DNA of 64,000 bases from Candidatus Rariloculaceae bacterium. GTDB taxonomy: Bacteria; Pseudomonadota; Gammaproteobacteria; Steroidobacterales; Rariloculaceae. This document shows positions 9,651-20,387 of this stretch, piece after piece. The notes below the pieces were generated by a model. That model had not been told where the DNA came from. It did not search any database and worked only from the letters and a program-made list of their open reading frames with translations. A program made the translations under genes and the position numbers. The stretch is taken from the NCBI GenBank assembly GCA_965262365.1, contig OZ253541.1, forward strand, positions 5,015,989-5,079,988, given 5' to 3'. Within the stretch, counting starts at the first letter, position 1, and every line of letters starts with the position of its first letter.

Positions 9651-10395
9651 GTCAACGCAAAGTAGAAATGTCCCCTTTTCTCCAAAGTTAAAATGTCCCC
9701 TTTGCCCGTCCCCGGGTCTTGTCGCCCGACACCGCGCGCAGACCCTCATCCGGCGGCGACCGACGTCGCGCCCGGCTTCAACGCCCGCCGCCAGGGATGG
9801 TCCGGCGCCGGCTTGTAGGCGGGCCGCGACTGCTGCTCCGCCTTGGCCCGGTCCACCCGCCGCCGAACCGTCTTCTCGTCTTGCACCGCCACCGCCTCCT
9901 CGCCTTCGGCGAGCAGCCGCACGGCCAACTCGCGGCCTTTGCGCAGCACCGTCACCGAACCGTCAAAGGCCTTGCACACCGTCACCGCCGCACCGCGCAG
10001 ACGGTACCCCTTGCCCCGCCCCGTCACCTGGTATTCGCGGCACTCGAACCGGATCGTCAGGTTCTTCGTCAACTTGCGTCCGTGGTGCTCGCGGAAAATC
10101 AGGTCCAACTCCGCCGCGTCGTGCAGCACCTCTCGGTGCGCGTCCTGTGGGTTCCGCGGCGCCACCGCGAAGCGCCGGTTGAAGTCCGCCATGAACTCCG
10201 GCAGGTACGCGTTGCCCGCCTCGATGTCCAGCGTCTTCAACGCCCGCGTGAACTGCGTCGGCTCGGCCTCCCGGCCCTTCTTGTTGACCCGGAACACACC
10301 GTACCGGTCCGAGTAATATGCCACCGGCCGACCGTGCGCCGCCAGATGCGCGCGCGTCGTCTCCATGTACGCCTCGGCCGGCTCTGGTGCACGCG
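9650..10395 (-). mobile_element. Remnant of an IS1202-group (ISNCY) element: right end plus internally deleted transposase C-terminus
   Basis: TGTCAACG terminus with two AAATGTCCCC repeats; YYSDRYGVF, TQFTRAL, FNRRFAV, KPAPDHPWR motifs; interrupts the duplicated RRM flank. Confidence 0.75.
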
Positions 10396-10428
10396 CACCT
10401 CCCGCCGCGCCTTCGTCATTGTCTTCGG

Positions 10429-10777
10429 GTAGCCGCGTCACGAACGACGGATCGCCCACCGCCATCTCGCCCAGGAGATACGCCTTCGTACCGGTGACGG
10501 CGAGAAACGCCTCCACCTCGCGCCGGAACAGCGGTCCGAACCGCGGCTCGTCCATGAACCTCAACACCTTGTCGGCGGTCGCAAGCCGTATCGAGCGGCC
10601 CCGGTACGGGCGGATGAACTGTAACCCCCCCTTGCCCAGCGCCGCGTCGGCGAATCGGCGCGCGCCCATGCGCCTGTGCCGGCAGTATGCGGTGACGGCT
10701 TGCCGGAACGTTCCTTCGTAGCACGCTTCGAAGAAACGCTGCGAATCGCCGTCGGCCCATGGATGCGCTTGAATCAT
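10429..10777 (-). pseudogene. Phage-type Cro-like small regulator (tandem HTH-like units), 3'-truncated and fused to the IS remnant
   Basis: GRSIRLATADKVLRFM and EVEAFLAVTG..LGEMAVGDPSFVTRL resemble proteobacterial prophage Cro-like proteins. Confidence 0.45.
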
Positions 10778-11613
10778 GTTGAAAAAATAGGGCAGGGCGC
10801 ATACGTCCGCAAGCGCTATTTCTAGGGAGCAGAGGGCCATGCCGACACGAGCCCTCTTGAGCTACACCCGACTATCGCCCAAATACGCTCAAATACGATA
10901 TTCGACCTGCCAAACGCTCACGTCGAGCGCCCAACCGACGACCGCCAACGCGCTGTTTGCGCAAACGACACCCCATCGCGCGCTCCGGCCACGGTGAAAG
11001 GCCAATGCCTCCACACGAGCGTGAGCGACCGCGACACCGCGTCGGTCCCTCGTTCCCGAACGGGTCATGTCTCCCGGTCCGCGCCTCAAATGCGTCCGGC
11101 GTGATCGGGCGCCTCGCCGTACAAATGAACATATATATATATGGTGTCGATCGGTCCGATTGCGTGGTTGAAACTCATCCACTAACCGAACCGATCAGTC
11201 AGACCGGTCGTCGGTCCATCGTTCCAGGGACGCTTCGACGGTTCCTGTGCGTTGAGTGCACGGAATGGCACGCCATCCAGTGCTCGCCCGCCCCGCTCAT
11301 GGCGATCAACGCACAAGGCCACATCGGCCTTGAAGATTCGCTTGGCGCCTCAGCGCCCGTGCGCCACGTCCCGCAGCCACCCCGAGAGAGACCGCTCGAA
11401 CCGAGGTTTTGCGCGACGCAGGCGCTTCACTGTGCTATGGTCGGGCGAACTCAATCTCGCCCAATCGCGAAGATTTGTCGTATGCTTAGGCGAAATAAGC
11501 AACAAAAGCGGCTCACAAGCCGGAACGTGATGGATCAGACTGCTGCAATTCCCGATTTACTTTTGGACGATTCGTAGTATTATTGGGAGCCTGTGGACGG
11601 TTGGAAGAATTTG

Positions 11614-11652
11614 AAAAAAACCCTTGTACTAGGGGTTTTTACTGGCTAGAAT
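11614..11652 (+). promoter_or_regulatory. Sigma70-like promoter overlapped by an inverted repeat
   Basis: TTGTAC(11624)-N17-TAGAAT(11647), upstream A-tract, AAAAACCC/GGGTTTTT palindrome around the -35. Confidence 0.45.
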
Positions 11653-11995
11653 CCTGCCGTAATCGACGGTTTGCGTCGGTGGGAACAATCTAAGGTTGTT
11701 AGACGCAACCGAACCGAGGTAATTTCGTGATGACTATTGCTTTTCTAAAGGGGCATGCGATGAATTGATGAAATTGCCTCTTTACCACTTTTCATAGTAT
11801 ACCTAAGTCACTAAAACAATTCAAAGTTTTCCCCTCTCTTTTACTTTCTTACTTCGGTTGGTTGATCGTTTGTAAGCAAACCGTCCACATTGTTTATCAA
11901 ACCCAGTCGAACTCCTGCGTAGTCCTGTCGCCAAACGTTCAGTTGAAAGCCCATAGTGTGCCGAATGTCTTTCATACTTGGCATTCGATCGCACA

Positions 11996-12240
11996 GGAAG
12001 TGTCAAGCATCTTTCGCACTTTTCTCTTTTGGGGTTGTGTCGAAAATCATTCGCACCTTGGTACTGTAAAGACTCTTTCGCACTTTCCTTTTTGGCGGTC
12101 ACCTCGGTTTGCAGTCGTGCCGCGGCATAAGCCCTCTCGTCGTTCATCTCTTCAATCAATGTCATGTTCATGTACCGGCGCAGTCCCCGGTGGGTGGCGG
12201 CGACATGGCGCAGCCGTGCAGCGGCGAGCATCAAAGCCGA
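11996..12240 (-). mobile_element. IS256-family remnant: transposase C-terminus plus three stacked IR-like ends
   Basis: MLAAARLRHVAAT..GLRRYMNM is a typical IS256 C-terminus; three GG..TGT....TTCGCAC units lie at 11996-12093. Confidence 0.65.
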
Positions 12241-13533
12241 GCGCCCGTCCGGGTATCCCCGCCAATGCGTCGGCGACCGCTAGGCGTCTTTCCATTCCGG
12301 GATGACCCCGACATCCCGACCACGGCCGCTTCGGCCCACGGCTCCACAGTGCACTCACCGCCCGCCCAGGCGCGCAGGGGCCCCTTGCGCGCTCTTTGCA
12401 TGGCCTTTGGTTGGGCTATGGTCCGGCCCCCAGCGGCCCCCAGCGGCCGCGAGGGAGGCCGCACGTTGTCGAGAAACGTTGAATTCCAGTGCGCCATCCC
12501 GAAGCGTGCTGCCCATCGGCCCGCCTTCGATCCTCGCCCGCTCACCGAGCAACACCGTCGGCGCGTCTGCCGATCATCCGGCGACCCGGCGCGCCGACAC
12601 GCGGCCCCATCATCATGCAGTACGCCCCGATAGCCCAACCACTCCTGTTTGGCCAATCGTTTGCGGGCATCGTCGATTTGCGTTTTTGTTGAGACGCCAT
12701 AAAGGTTGTTCGCAAATGTATACAAGACGTTTCGGCGTGCGGAAGTCTTTTCCAGGTTCAGGTTTGCGCGCACGGCTATTGTGAACGGACGACCCAAAAA
12801 CGATTTTCGCTCTCACTCATTGACGATGCCTGGATAACTATTGATATATTTGAAAGTTGGAGAAGAATGCGGACTTGGATAGGCGATAGCCAACTAGTCA
12901 TTGGAATGATCGCGGAAAAGCCGGATCGATTATAAGACTTCAATACGGCCTGCAATTTCAATAAAGACGAAGAACCGGAATACATAGAGACTCTAGAGAA
13001 CCGCAACGGATCCGAAACCCTCGCTGAGATCAAACCGCAGCCGAGCGCCAACCCAGTTCACCAAATACTCAATTGACGATGATCGTGTTGCTTACCGCTC
13101 CAAACTCTTTCATGGAGAATCACAGGGCACTATCTGCGGTTGGCTTGTAGTGCGGTACATCGTCTTGTCTTGCAAAACATAAGCCCGTTTGTTTTCTGGA
13201 ACTCCCACAGAGTGTTCAAGCCGCTTTTGATCGACACAACTTTGATGTTGTCCGATATTGCTTTCCCAGTATCAGTCACGCCAACATTGCTCGTACTTCG
13301 TTTGTTGCATTCTTTGTTCTCTCTTCTATATAGTTTTTGAAAGACTTCGATCACTGTCTGTTTCCAATGTCGTTGGCAAGTACGCTGCCGTTTTGAATCC
13401 AGTGCTCCTAGCCGATGCTTCGTACTCAATTGCTTGGAAATGAACGTAGGTATTTGACCAATTGTCCGGTCCGAAGCGATCCGATGAGGTCCATCGGGAG
13501 CCAAAATCAAAGGACTTCGACCCGCGGCAAGCC

Positions 13534-13876
13534 GGCGCCGGAGACCTTGCTGACCTCGGACGAACTGGCGGCGCGAGCCGGGCTGAAGTCCCGCCAGTCG
13601 GTCGATGACTGGCGGAAGAAGGGCAGAATCGTCGGATGGCAGAATGCCAGGCGGGGTTATGTCTTCCCGGCGGCGCAGTTCGACGGGCGCAACCGTCCGC
13701 TGCCGGGCCTGGACCGCAATATCGGGCGGTTCGGCGACGGCTATGCTGCCTGGGTCTGGCTAACGACACCGCGGCCGTCGCTTGACGGGGCGATGCCGCT
13801 CGAACTCTTGGCTCGCGGCGAGATCGATCGTGTGACGGACGCGGTACGGGGACACCGGCAAGGCGACTTTGCGTGA
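13534..13876 (+). pseudogene. 5'-truncated copy of the Xre/MbcA-type antitoxin; no RES toxin follows
   Basis: Homologous to 8219-8558. Confidence 0.75.
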
Positions 13877-14034
13877 CCCGTCCATGGCCCGTCGTCCCTC
13901 GCGCCGGTCACTCGGTGAACTCCAGCGCGATCCCCGAGCTTTCCGCGCATTCGCCCGTCACCGTGCTCGGCCACAATTGACGGCCATGCCAGCATCTGCC
14001 AGCATTTCTATCTGTGACTGATCGGGAGCGGTAG

Positions 14035-14271
14035 ATGCCCAGCCTCAGCGTTAGAAAACTCGACGACAGTACCCTGCAAGAACTGCGGGCGCGTGCTACG
14101 CGGCACGGTGTTTCGATGGAAGAAGAAGCCCGGCGCATCATCCGCCTGGCTGTCTCGGCACCGGAGCGGCTTGGCGATTTTGCCGTCGGGCTGTTTTCAC
14201 CTGCATACGGCGGGGACGATCTTGATCTGCCCGCCCGCCAATCCAGCAACCCAATGAAATTTCCGGAGTGA
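14035..14271 (+). CDS. FitA-like RHH antitoxin (copy 2)
   Basis: Differs from the 5940 copy at only 2 aa. Confidence 0.85.
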   Translation: MPSLSVRKLDDSTLQELRARATRHGVSMEEEARRIIRLAVSAPERLGDFAVGLFSPAYGGDDLDLPARQSSNPMKFPE

Positions 14272-14693
14272 TTATCCTCGACACCAATGTGGTGTCGGAA
14301 TTCATGACATCATCGCCTTCAGCGGCAGTGCTGAAGTGGATGAACGCGCAAGAACCCGCAACGCTGTACATCACGTCGATTTAGGTCGCCGAGATCAGTT
14401 TCGGCCTTCACGCCATGCCTCGCGGCCGCCGCCGCCGACTGCTTGAAGAACGGTTTGAGCGGTACATCGACGTGGCGTTCCCGTCGCGCGTGCTGCACTT
14501 CGACGAAGCGGCCGCGCGCGTTTTTGGCGAAATCAAGGCCTATCGCAGGAAAATCGGACGGCCCCTTGGTGACTTTGACGGACAGATCGCGGCCATCGCC
14601 CGCGTTCACGGTTATGGCCTTGCCACTCGCAATCTGGACGACTTCGAGCATTGCCTTGTCGATCTGATCGATCCCTTCGCGTTCGACGGATAG
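14268..14693 (+). pseudogene. vapC: VapC/FitB PIN toxin with an in-frame TAG at codon 39
   Basis: IILDTNVVSE ... TAG at 14382-14384 ... AEI, DGQIAAIA, LATRNLDDF. Confidence 0.85.
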
Positions 14694-14819
14694 CCAACGT
14701 TCGCCAACGACGCCTGGAGCCGATGCTTACTTGCACTGCTGGGAATGTGGCCGCCATGCCACCATGGCGATCCGCATGGGCCGCGATGGGCATCACGGCG
14801 CCACTTGCCGGCCCAATCC

Positions 14820-15527
14820 CTAATGCGCGCCGCAGCAGCGATCGTATCGCCGCTCCGATCCGCAGCCGCACGGCTCGTCGCGCCCCGCCTTCTCCCCGGT
14901 TGCTCCCGGCAGGTCCGCTACGAGCCGTTCACCCGCGCCTGGCCCGCGCGATTGCTTGCGCGCATCAAGATCGCGCACCATCCCGCCGATCAGCGTCGGC
15001 GCCATGCTCTCCAGCAGATCCAGCCCCTTTTCCGCCAGATCGGACGTCCCGTTCGCTGCCGCGTACAAGGCGTTGATCACTTTAACCGCCTCGGTCACGT
15101 CCTGCTCGTCGTTGCGCTTGATTTGCTCCCAGGTCTCGGGGTGCAACCCCATCGCACTCTCGAACCCGCGGATCCACGCGATCCAGAACACCTCGTCCGT
15201 TGCCTCGTCCACCTCCAGCACCGGCCCGTAGTTCTCCGGCTCGTACGCCAGCGTGCGGGCGACGCCGTTGTAGTGTCCGATCAGCGCCGCCACCGTCGCC
15301 TCGGCCTCTTCGATGCTCTCGAATTCCGTCTCAGGTCCCCACACCACCGGCAACCATTCCGACGGCGGGACGATCTGCGCACACACCAGCAGCCCCGTCA
15401 CGAACCCGTCCATCTTCCCGACCGTCATCGCCTCGCCCTCCTGGCACAGCTCGTTGAGCCTCACCGCCAGCCGTTGCAGGGCTTCGTCGCGATCGTCCGT
15501 CGCCCGGCGCCGCTCGGGGTCGTGCAC
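14820..15527 (-). CDS. UPF0149/YecA-family protein with SEC-C motif
   Basis: Same motifs as the 6569 copy; GTG start at 15527 with GGAG RBS. Confidence 0.8.
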   Translation of the reverse strand: MHDPERRRATDDRDEALQRLAVRLNELCQEGEAMTVGKMDGFVTGLLVCAQIVPPSEWLPVVWGPETEFESIEEAEATVAALIGHYNGVARTLAYEPENYGPVLEVDEATDEVFWIAWIRGFESAMGLHPETWEQIKRNDEQDVTEAVKVINALYAAANGTSDLAEKGLDLLESMAPTLIGGMVRDLDARKQSRGPGAGERLVADLPGATGEKAGRDEPCGCGSERRYDRCCGAH

Positions 15528-15547
15528 GGCGCTCCAGCGACGCTGGG

Positions 15548-15847
15548 TCACGTCTTTTCGTTCTTCGTCGCCACGAATTCCGTCGCACCCTTGCCGCGGG
15601 CGCGGCGCACCGTGTAGCCGTAGCGGCCGAGCCGAAACGACCCGTCCGCCTCGTAATCCGCCAGGGCCTCGGCGATCTTCTGCGCCACCGGGTCGGCCCG
15701 GCGGGCGGCAGACGCTTTCTCCTGCTGCGCCACCCACTTGGCAAAAACCTCCTCGCCCAGTGCGTTGCCGACCGATTTTCGTAGCGCGGCCAGCTTTCTC
15801 AGTTGCCCCTTGGTCAGTTGGCTCTCGTCAATGGCCATGGACGTCAT
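15548..15847 (-). CDS. Hypothetical 99-aa protein upstream of yecA-like gene
   Basis: AGGAGG RBS; its N-terminal 62 aa are conserved in the fused copy. Confidence 0.7.
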   Translation of the reverse strand: MTSMAIDESQLTKGQLRKLAALRKSVGNALGEEVFAKWVAQQEKASAARRADPVAQKIAEALADYEADGSFRLGRYGYTVRRARGKGATEFVATKNEKT

Positions 15848-16197
15848 CCTCCTTTTTCCTGTCTCGGTGCGAATTTGCGGCGCTCATGATACCGGCAATG
15901 TTGCTTGAAACATTTCAAGGCTTTTGTTGCGGTCGTCATGGATCACGAGTGCCTGTATGCATGGGTTTGCGCAACTATCACGCCCGATGGTCACCAAGCT
16001 CCGTGGCGCAATGTAGGCGATCCAAGCTGGTATGGCCATTGGCCTTGATCCGGTATTGCCAAATTAACCTCTGCAAGCCGTCGAGATTCTGCACCATTTT
16101 CGATCAACCAGCCGTGACCTGAATCCAGGACACAAAGGCGCGATGCCTCAGATTCCGACAATCGCGGGCTCTAACCATTTGACGACCCAAATTGAAC

Positions 16198-16275
16198 AGG
16201 TTGTATACACGCCGGCGGAGGTCGTGCGCTACATGGTCGCCCGCGTGGATAAGACGTTGATCAACGATCTGGACA
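16198..16275 (+). pseudogene. Fragment of an N6-adenine methyltransferase (type ISP/IIG R-M-like)
   Basis: VYTPAEVVRYMVARVD motif only. Confidence 0.45.
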
Positions 16276-16956
16276 CAACATGCTCGAGTTCATGGGCAAG
16301 CCAGCCTTCGGTTCGCGGTTCCGGTGGGCTTTGCAGTGCTGGCGGTGATCGGGTCAGAACTGGCGACGGTTTTGGTCAATGGATTTCTACACAGGGTGTA
16401 AACATTTTTCCTGTTTATGCTTCCTCCGTGACCGTGGTAAGCGCCCGATAGCGTGCAAGCCAAAGAGGTTATTGCGCCTATTCCGGACGCCCTCGAAAAT
16501 CTCGCTGAAGTGCCTCATCAGACACTCTTGGACAAGGCAGTGTCGGACAGGATCGTCTATCGCGTCAGGAGGCTGGCTTCGCTCGTGCGTGAATTGGGCC
16601 CCGCAGGGCGCCGGTCCGGCAGTGATTCATGATCCGGCTCGATGAGGTGGTTGTGGGCGGGCGTTTCAGGTGGGAAAAATCAGCCGAATAACGCTGGAAG
16701 AACTGTTGCTCGAACTCGCGGATCGTGACCGATCCATCTGTCGGTCCCGGCCTCTGGTTTCCGGTCGAGGAGGATGAACAGACGCCGCTCCGGCCGCCCT
16801 CGGATGCGCGATTGCGGGCAATGATCCGGGCGCTTGCCAATGAATGGGGTGCCGCGGATGAACGCGGGAAGGCGTCGATCGAGACGCGCCTCAAGGCGTA
16901 TTTCCCCGAATTGACTGGTAATAAGTGATCGAGGACTAGAGGCTGAGGAGGCGAAC

Positions 16957-17268
16957 TTGCCAGATAAAGACGGAAAGCTGTCAGAAGCCGATCGACAGAA
17001 AATTTCGAATTGGTTGAATAAACGCTGGCGAGCGCAGCGGAATTGCACCGTGTGCGGGACCAACAATTGGAGTATCGGCGAGCATGTGGTCACGACTGCT
17101 CGGCTGAACAATAAGGGCCAGATCCTGATGAGCGGGGCCGCATATCCCTACGTCATGGTCATCTGCAACTATTGCGCGAACACCATGGCGTTTAATGCAC
17201 CAATGCTGGGGCTCGTGGAGAACAAGGCGGCGGCACAAAAGAACAAGGACGTTTCAAATGCCTCCTGA
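16957..17268 (+). CDS. Small Zn-ribbon hypothetical protein
   Basis: CTVC...CNYC; GAGGAGG RBS. Confidence 0.65.
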   Translation: MPDKDGKLSEADRQKISNWLNKRWRAQRNCTVCGTNNWSIGEHVVTTARLNNKGQILMSGAAYPYVMVICNYCANTMAFNAPMLGLVENKAAAQKNKDVSNAS

Positions 17269-17665
17269 AGATCCGCCTCCAGAGCGTCTCCGGCTCGACA
17301 TTCGCGGAACCACAGGCTCGATTGTGCACCCTCAGTACGTGGAGCGCGATATGACGTTCTACGCAGTTCCCGAACACGAGCTTCGCTCGATCTCAATGAT
17401 GAATACCCTCGCGATTTTCTTCTTTTCCGGCGCCTCTTCGTTCCTCGCCTTTTTTGCAGGTATCCGGATTGAGGTGTCGCTTCAGGATCCGGTGACACCG
17501 CAGGCCGCTGCGATATCCGCGACGGCTGAGCCGATCTGCATAATTGGCGCCATTGTTTGTGGCCTGTTGGGTGGTTGGGCTTTGGTGCACAGGGGCTCCA
17601 TGCTCAAGACCATACGAAACGAGAGTCGCGTAATTTCTGGGGCTGGTGCAGGCAAAGAGGGATGA
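17258..17665 (+). CDS. Hypothetical 2-TM membrane protein
   Basis: Two hydrophobic segments; overlaps the previous stop. Confidence 0.6.
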   Translation: MPPEDPPPERLRLDIRGTTGSIVHPQYVERDMTFYAVPEHELRSISMMNTLAIFFFSGASSFLAFFAGIRIEVSLQDPVTPQAAAISATAEPICIIGAIVCGLLGGWALVHRGSMLKTIRNESRVISGAGAGKEG

Positions 17666-17780
17666 CTGAAATTGGCAGACGGAACAAGCCCGGCAAATCC
17701 GCAGCCGTTGTATTTTGCGATGGCCGATGAGGCCTTGGTAGGGATGACGCTGCACTTGACGACGACGCTTGGATGAATTG

Positions 17781-17984
17781 ATGAACTGGAAGCGCGGCCT
17801 AATCCGAGTATGGGTATTTCTGACGGCGTTGTGGTTGCTACTGGTGGTGCCGTTCAGCGCCATTATTGTGGGCAGCGACCCGGACGCGATTTGGTGGGCA
17901 GTCGCAATTGTTGGCGGTACGCTTGTAGTGGCGTTCCTTATCGGGGCTTTGGGATATTGGGCCGCCAGGGGGTTCAAAGGGTAA
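17781..17984 (+). CDS. Small 2-TM membrane protein
   Basis: MNWKRGLIRVW followed by two hydrophobic helices. Confidence 0.6.
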   Translation: MNWKRGLIRVWVFLTALWLLLVVPFSAIIVGSDPDAIWWAVAIVGGTLVVAFLIGALGYWAARGFKG

Positions 17985-18040
17985 CTCTCGAAGAGACGAG
18001 CACCAGGACGAGACGAAAGCCAAGGCCACGGAAGGAACTA

Positions 18041-18376
18041 GTGTCGACCATATTACTGGTTTGCCGGCAATGCGGCTGCGTTCCGGAATGCATCAGAGCG
18101 ATCGGAAAGAGTGATTTGATTCGCTGTCGTGAATGCGGTGCGATGGGCGACCTGGAGGAAGTCCAGCAACAAGCTGCCAGAACTGCCGCGAGACATGAAG
18201 TATATTGGCTGTTGGACGAACACTCGAAGTGCATTCAGCGAATGGCTCGGGAATCGAAAAACGCCCGCTACGTCAATGGACGACGGCCTAAACTCTCCCC
18301 ACCGATCTTTGTATTCGAGTGGCAATTGGAAGGGAAGCGCCGGGCGGCCTCAGGGCTGCTCGTTCGCAATCGATAG
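18041..18376 (+). CDS. Zn-ribbon hypothetical protein
   Basis: CRQC...CREC; AAGGA RBS before GTG. Confidence 0.45.
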   Translation: MSTILLVCRQCGCVPECIRAIGKSDLIRCRECGAMGDLEEVQQQAARTAARHEVYWLLDEHSKCIQRMARESKNARYVNGRRPKLSPPIFVFEWQLEGKRRAASGLLVRNR

Positions 18377-18388
18377 CAAGGAGGCGAG

Positions 18389-18875
18389 ATGGACCCAGTA
18401 TCCATAGGCGCGCTGCTGACCAGTCTCAAGACCGCTAAAGACCTTTTGAGGGACTGGCGGAAGGGCGGAGATGATGTCACGGTCAGTATAGACAAACAGA
18501 GCGATCTGAAGTCCGCTGTGCTTGATGCTCAAGAACACGCTATGGAGGCCCGGCAGGCCCAGTACGACCTGATGCAGCGCAATGACGAACTCGAACAGAA
18601 ATTAAAGGCGTATGCGAAATGGAGGGAGGAAAAAGAGAGCTATAAGTTGATCAATGTTGGTGTAGTTGGGGCATTCGTATACGCATTAAAGTCTGGCGCG
18701 ACGCAGAAAGACGTACCGCATTGGTTATGTCAGACTTGCTTTGATGCGTCGACGAAGTCTGTACTCCAGTTCAATGGAACCATTCGAAACAGGCCGAATA
18801 GCGCTTTGGAGGTGCACCGTCTGTAAGGTTCACGTAAGCGCGAGGGCGAGTGCGACCCCGAGCCAACACCTTTAG
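18389..18875 (+). pseudogene. Coiled-coil plus Zn-ribbon hypothetical protein, probably frameshifted near its C-terminus
   Basis: AAGGAGG RBS; PHWLCQTC is in frame but the expected second CxxC (WRCTVC) lies in the +1 frame at ~18807-18825. Confidence 0.55.
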
Positions 18876-19419
18876 AGAGACGGCGATCGGTACCGAGCAA
18901 TGAACGCAGCCGAATTCTCAATGCTCTAAAGATCCGGAAGATTGAGCGGCCACCACAGCCGATGCGGTAATCGTGGGCGGAGTTTCAAACAGCGAGTTGA
19001 AAAATGGCAGGGGTGTTCAGGGCCAACATTTTCGAGCGTGAGCAATTCGGCGCAGACGGGACTATCGCGCCGCTCGACCTGGCGCGGGCGCCAGGCGGCG
19101 TCATGGGAGCATATTTGCCAAACGGTAGCGGGACACTTGCCCGGTGACCAAAGATATGCGGACAATCGAGCAAGTGGTCACGTCATGCCAAAAAGTAATG
19201 ACATTTGGCGGATTTTTCGGGAACGGTCACGGTCTAAATCGGCGCATCATGCATATTTTCTATGAAAGTCGCCAAAAGCCAGCAGTTTTTGAGCAGATTT
19301 TTGCCCCGCTAGAAAAATTGCGCATATATACTCTCGTATACCGTCTCGTTCACACCTTGTGTGTTTAGAATTTCCGTGACAAAGAACAAAAATCCTGACA
19401 GTCGACCAAGAGGGACGAA

Positions 19420-20022
19420 ATGATTCAAGGCCTTGTAATTGTACTCTGCCTGGGCGGCGTTCTTGTGAGCGCGGCGATGTTTCTTTCGGCTGCGATTAGG
19501 ACGAGCAAAGTGCTCGGCATCGTTGTTAAGGCAGGAGTCAACAACGATGCCCATGCGGTGGAATCGTTTGTATGGTTGATCAGTGAGGCGAGGGAGAGTC
19601 TCGAGACCTTTGACGATGGCGACAAGGCGGAGGGGTCGATTTACGAGTTGCCGGAGGTAGTAGAGGCACTTGCCAAAAAACTTCAGGACAACCCCCGCTT
19701 CACGGTGACTAGCTACTTGAACGGACCGGCAACGGAGTTGTTGTTCCACAGAGCATTCGCAGATCATCCGCGCGTCCACATTTATGCGGGATTGGAGCCT
19801 AAGCCTGCCGAGCGCCCGGAAGGGGAGGTTCACTACAAGATCGTGGACGGTGGTAGGCTCGGGTACGTCTCACGCCACCCCTATTCGGATCAGGCCCGTG
19901 AGTACCGGCAATGGGATTGTCGGCACCTCTCGGAGCGGACCGTAAAGGCCAAGGCCGAGTACCTGTATTCGGGAATGAGGCAGCACGCACACGCCAAGCT
20001 GCAACAACCGCAAGCTGCCTGA
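19420..20022 (+). CDS. N-terminal TM anchor plus possible degenerate PLD-fold domain
   Basis: Hydrophobic residues 1-26; LISEARESLE and HYKIVDGG resemble PLD-superfamily elements, but HKD spacing is non-canonical. Confidence 0.5.
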   Translation: MIQGLVIVLCLGGVLVSAAMFLSAAIRTSKVLGIVVKAGVNNDAHAVESFVWLISEARESLETFDDGDKAEGSIYELPEVVEALAKKLQDNPRFTVTSYLNGPATELLFHRAFADHPRVHIYAGLEPKPAERPEGEVHYKIVDGGRLGYVSRHPYSDQAREYRQWDCRHLSERTVKAKAEYLYSGMRQHAHAKLQQPQAA

Positions 20023-20027
20023 TTATC

Positions 20028-20378
20028 ATGTCCTTGTATCCTGCGGTGCCAGTGTACCTGGCGTTGGGACTAGCTATGGCCGTAATGGCCATGGCTGTTG
20101 GGTACATGCTGTCAGACACGGCAGCGAAAGCGACGACGTCCATATCTACAGCAGCTTGGGTTGTAGTGTTTATGGCCTTGGCGTTTGCATATATTCATCT
20201 GTTCACGGAGCTATTGGACATGATGAACACGCATTTTGCAGAGGGCCGATCCGAGGAAGGCACCGCTCTAATTTTTCACCTCGTAAATATTTCGCTGGCC
20301 ATCAGTGGGGCCTTCCTGCTCAAGTTTGGGGCGCTCTCGGCCCATTTCGATGCGCAGTTCGGAGCCCGCTTCCGTTAG
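20028..20378 (+). CDS. Hypothetical 3-TM membrane protein
   Basis: Three hydrophobic helices; starts 5 nt after the previous gene. Confidence 0.6.
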   Translation: MSLYPAVPVYLALGLAMAVMAMAVGYMLSDTAAKATTSISTAAWVVVFMALAFAYIHLFTELLDMMNTHFAEGRSEEGTALIFHLVNISLAISGAFLLKFGALSAHFDAQFGARFR

Positions 20379-20387
20379 CGACATTAG

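Noticed and set aside
9620-9660. dif/xrs site next to the IS1202-type end
   Set aside because: No XerC/XerD-like 28-bp consensus is visible here or at the empty equivalent (25800-25830).
11996-12093. Mini CRISPR array
   Set aside because: The units are degenerate, abut without spacers, resemble IS256 ends, and no cas genes are present.
12600-13500. Low-GC defence gene
   Set aside because: Only short broken frames with no motif I can assign. It is probably a decayed gene, but no call is supportable.
14382-14384. Stop-codon recoding (amber read-through) in vapC
   Set aside because: TAG serves as a normal stop in other genes here and no pyrrolysine machinery is seen. A nonsense mutation is simpler.
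16400-20380. Integron cassette array
   Set aside because: The ORFs are co-oriented, but I found no RYYYAAC...GTTRRRY attC structures between them and no IntI-type integrase.
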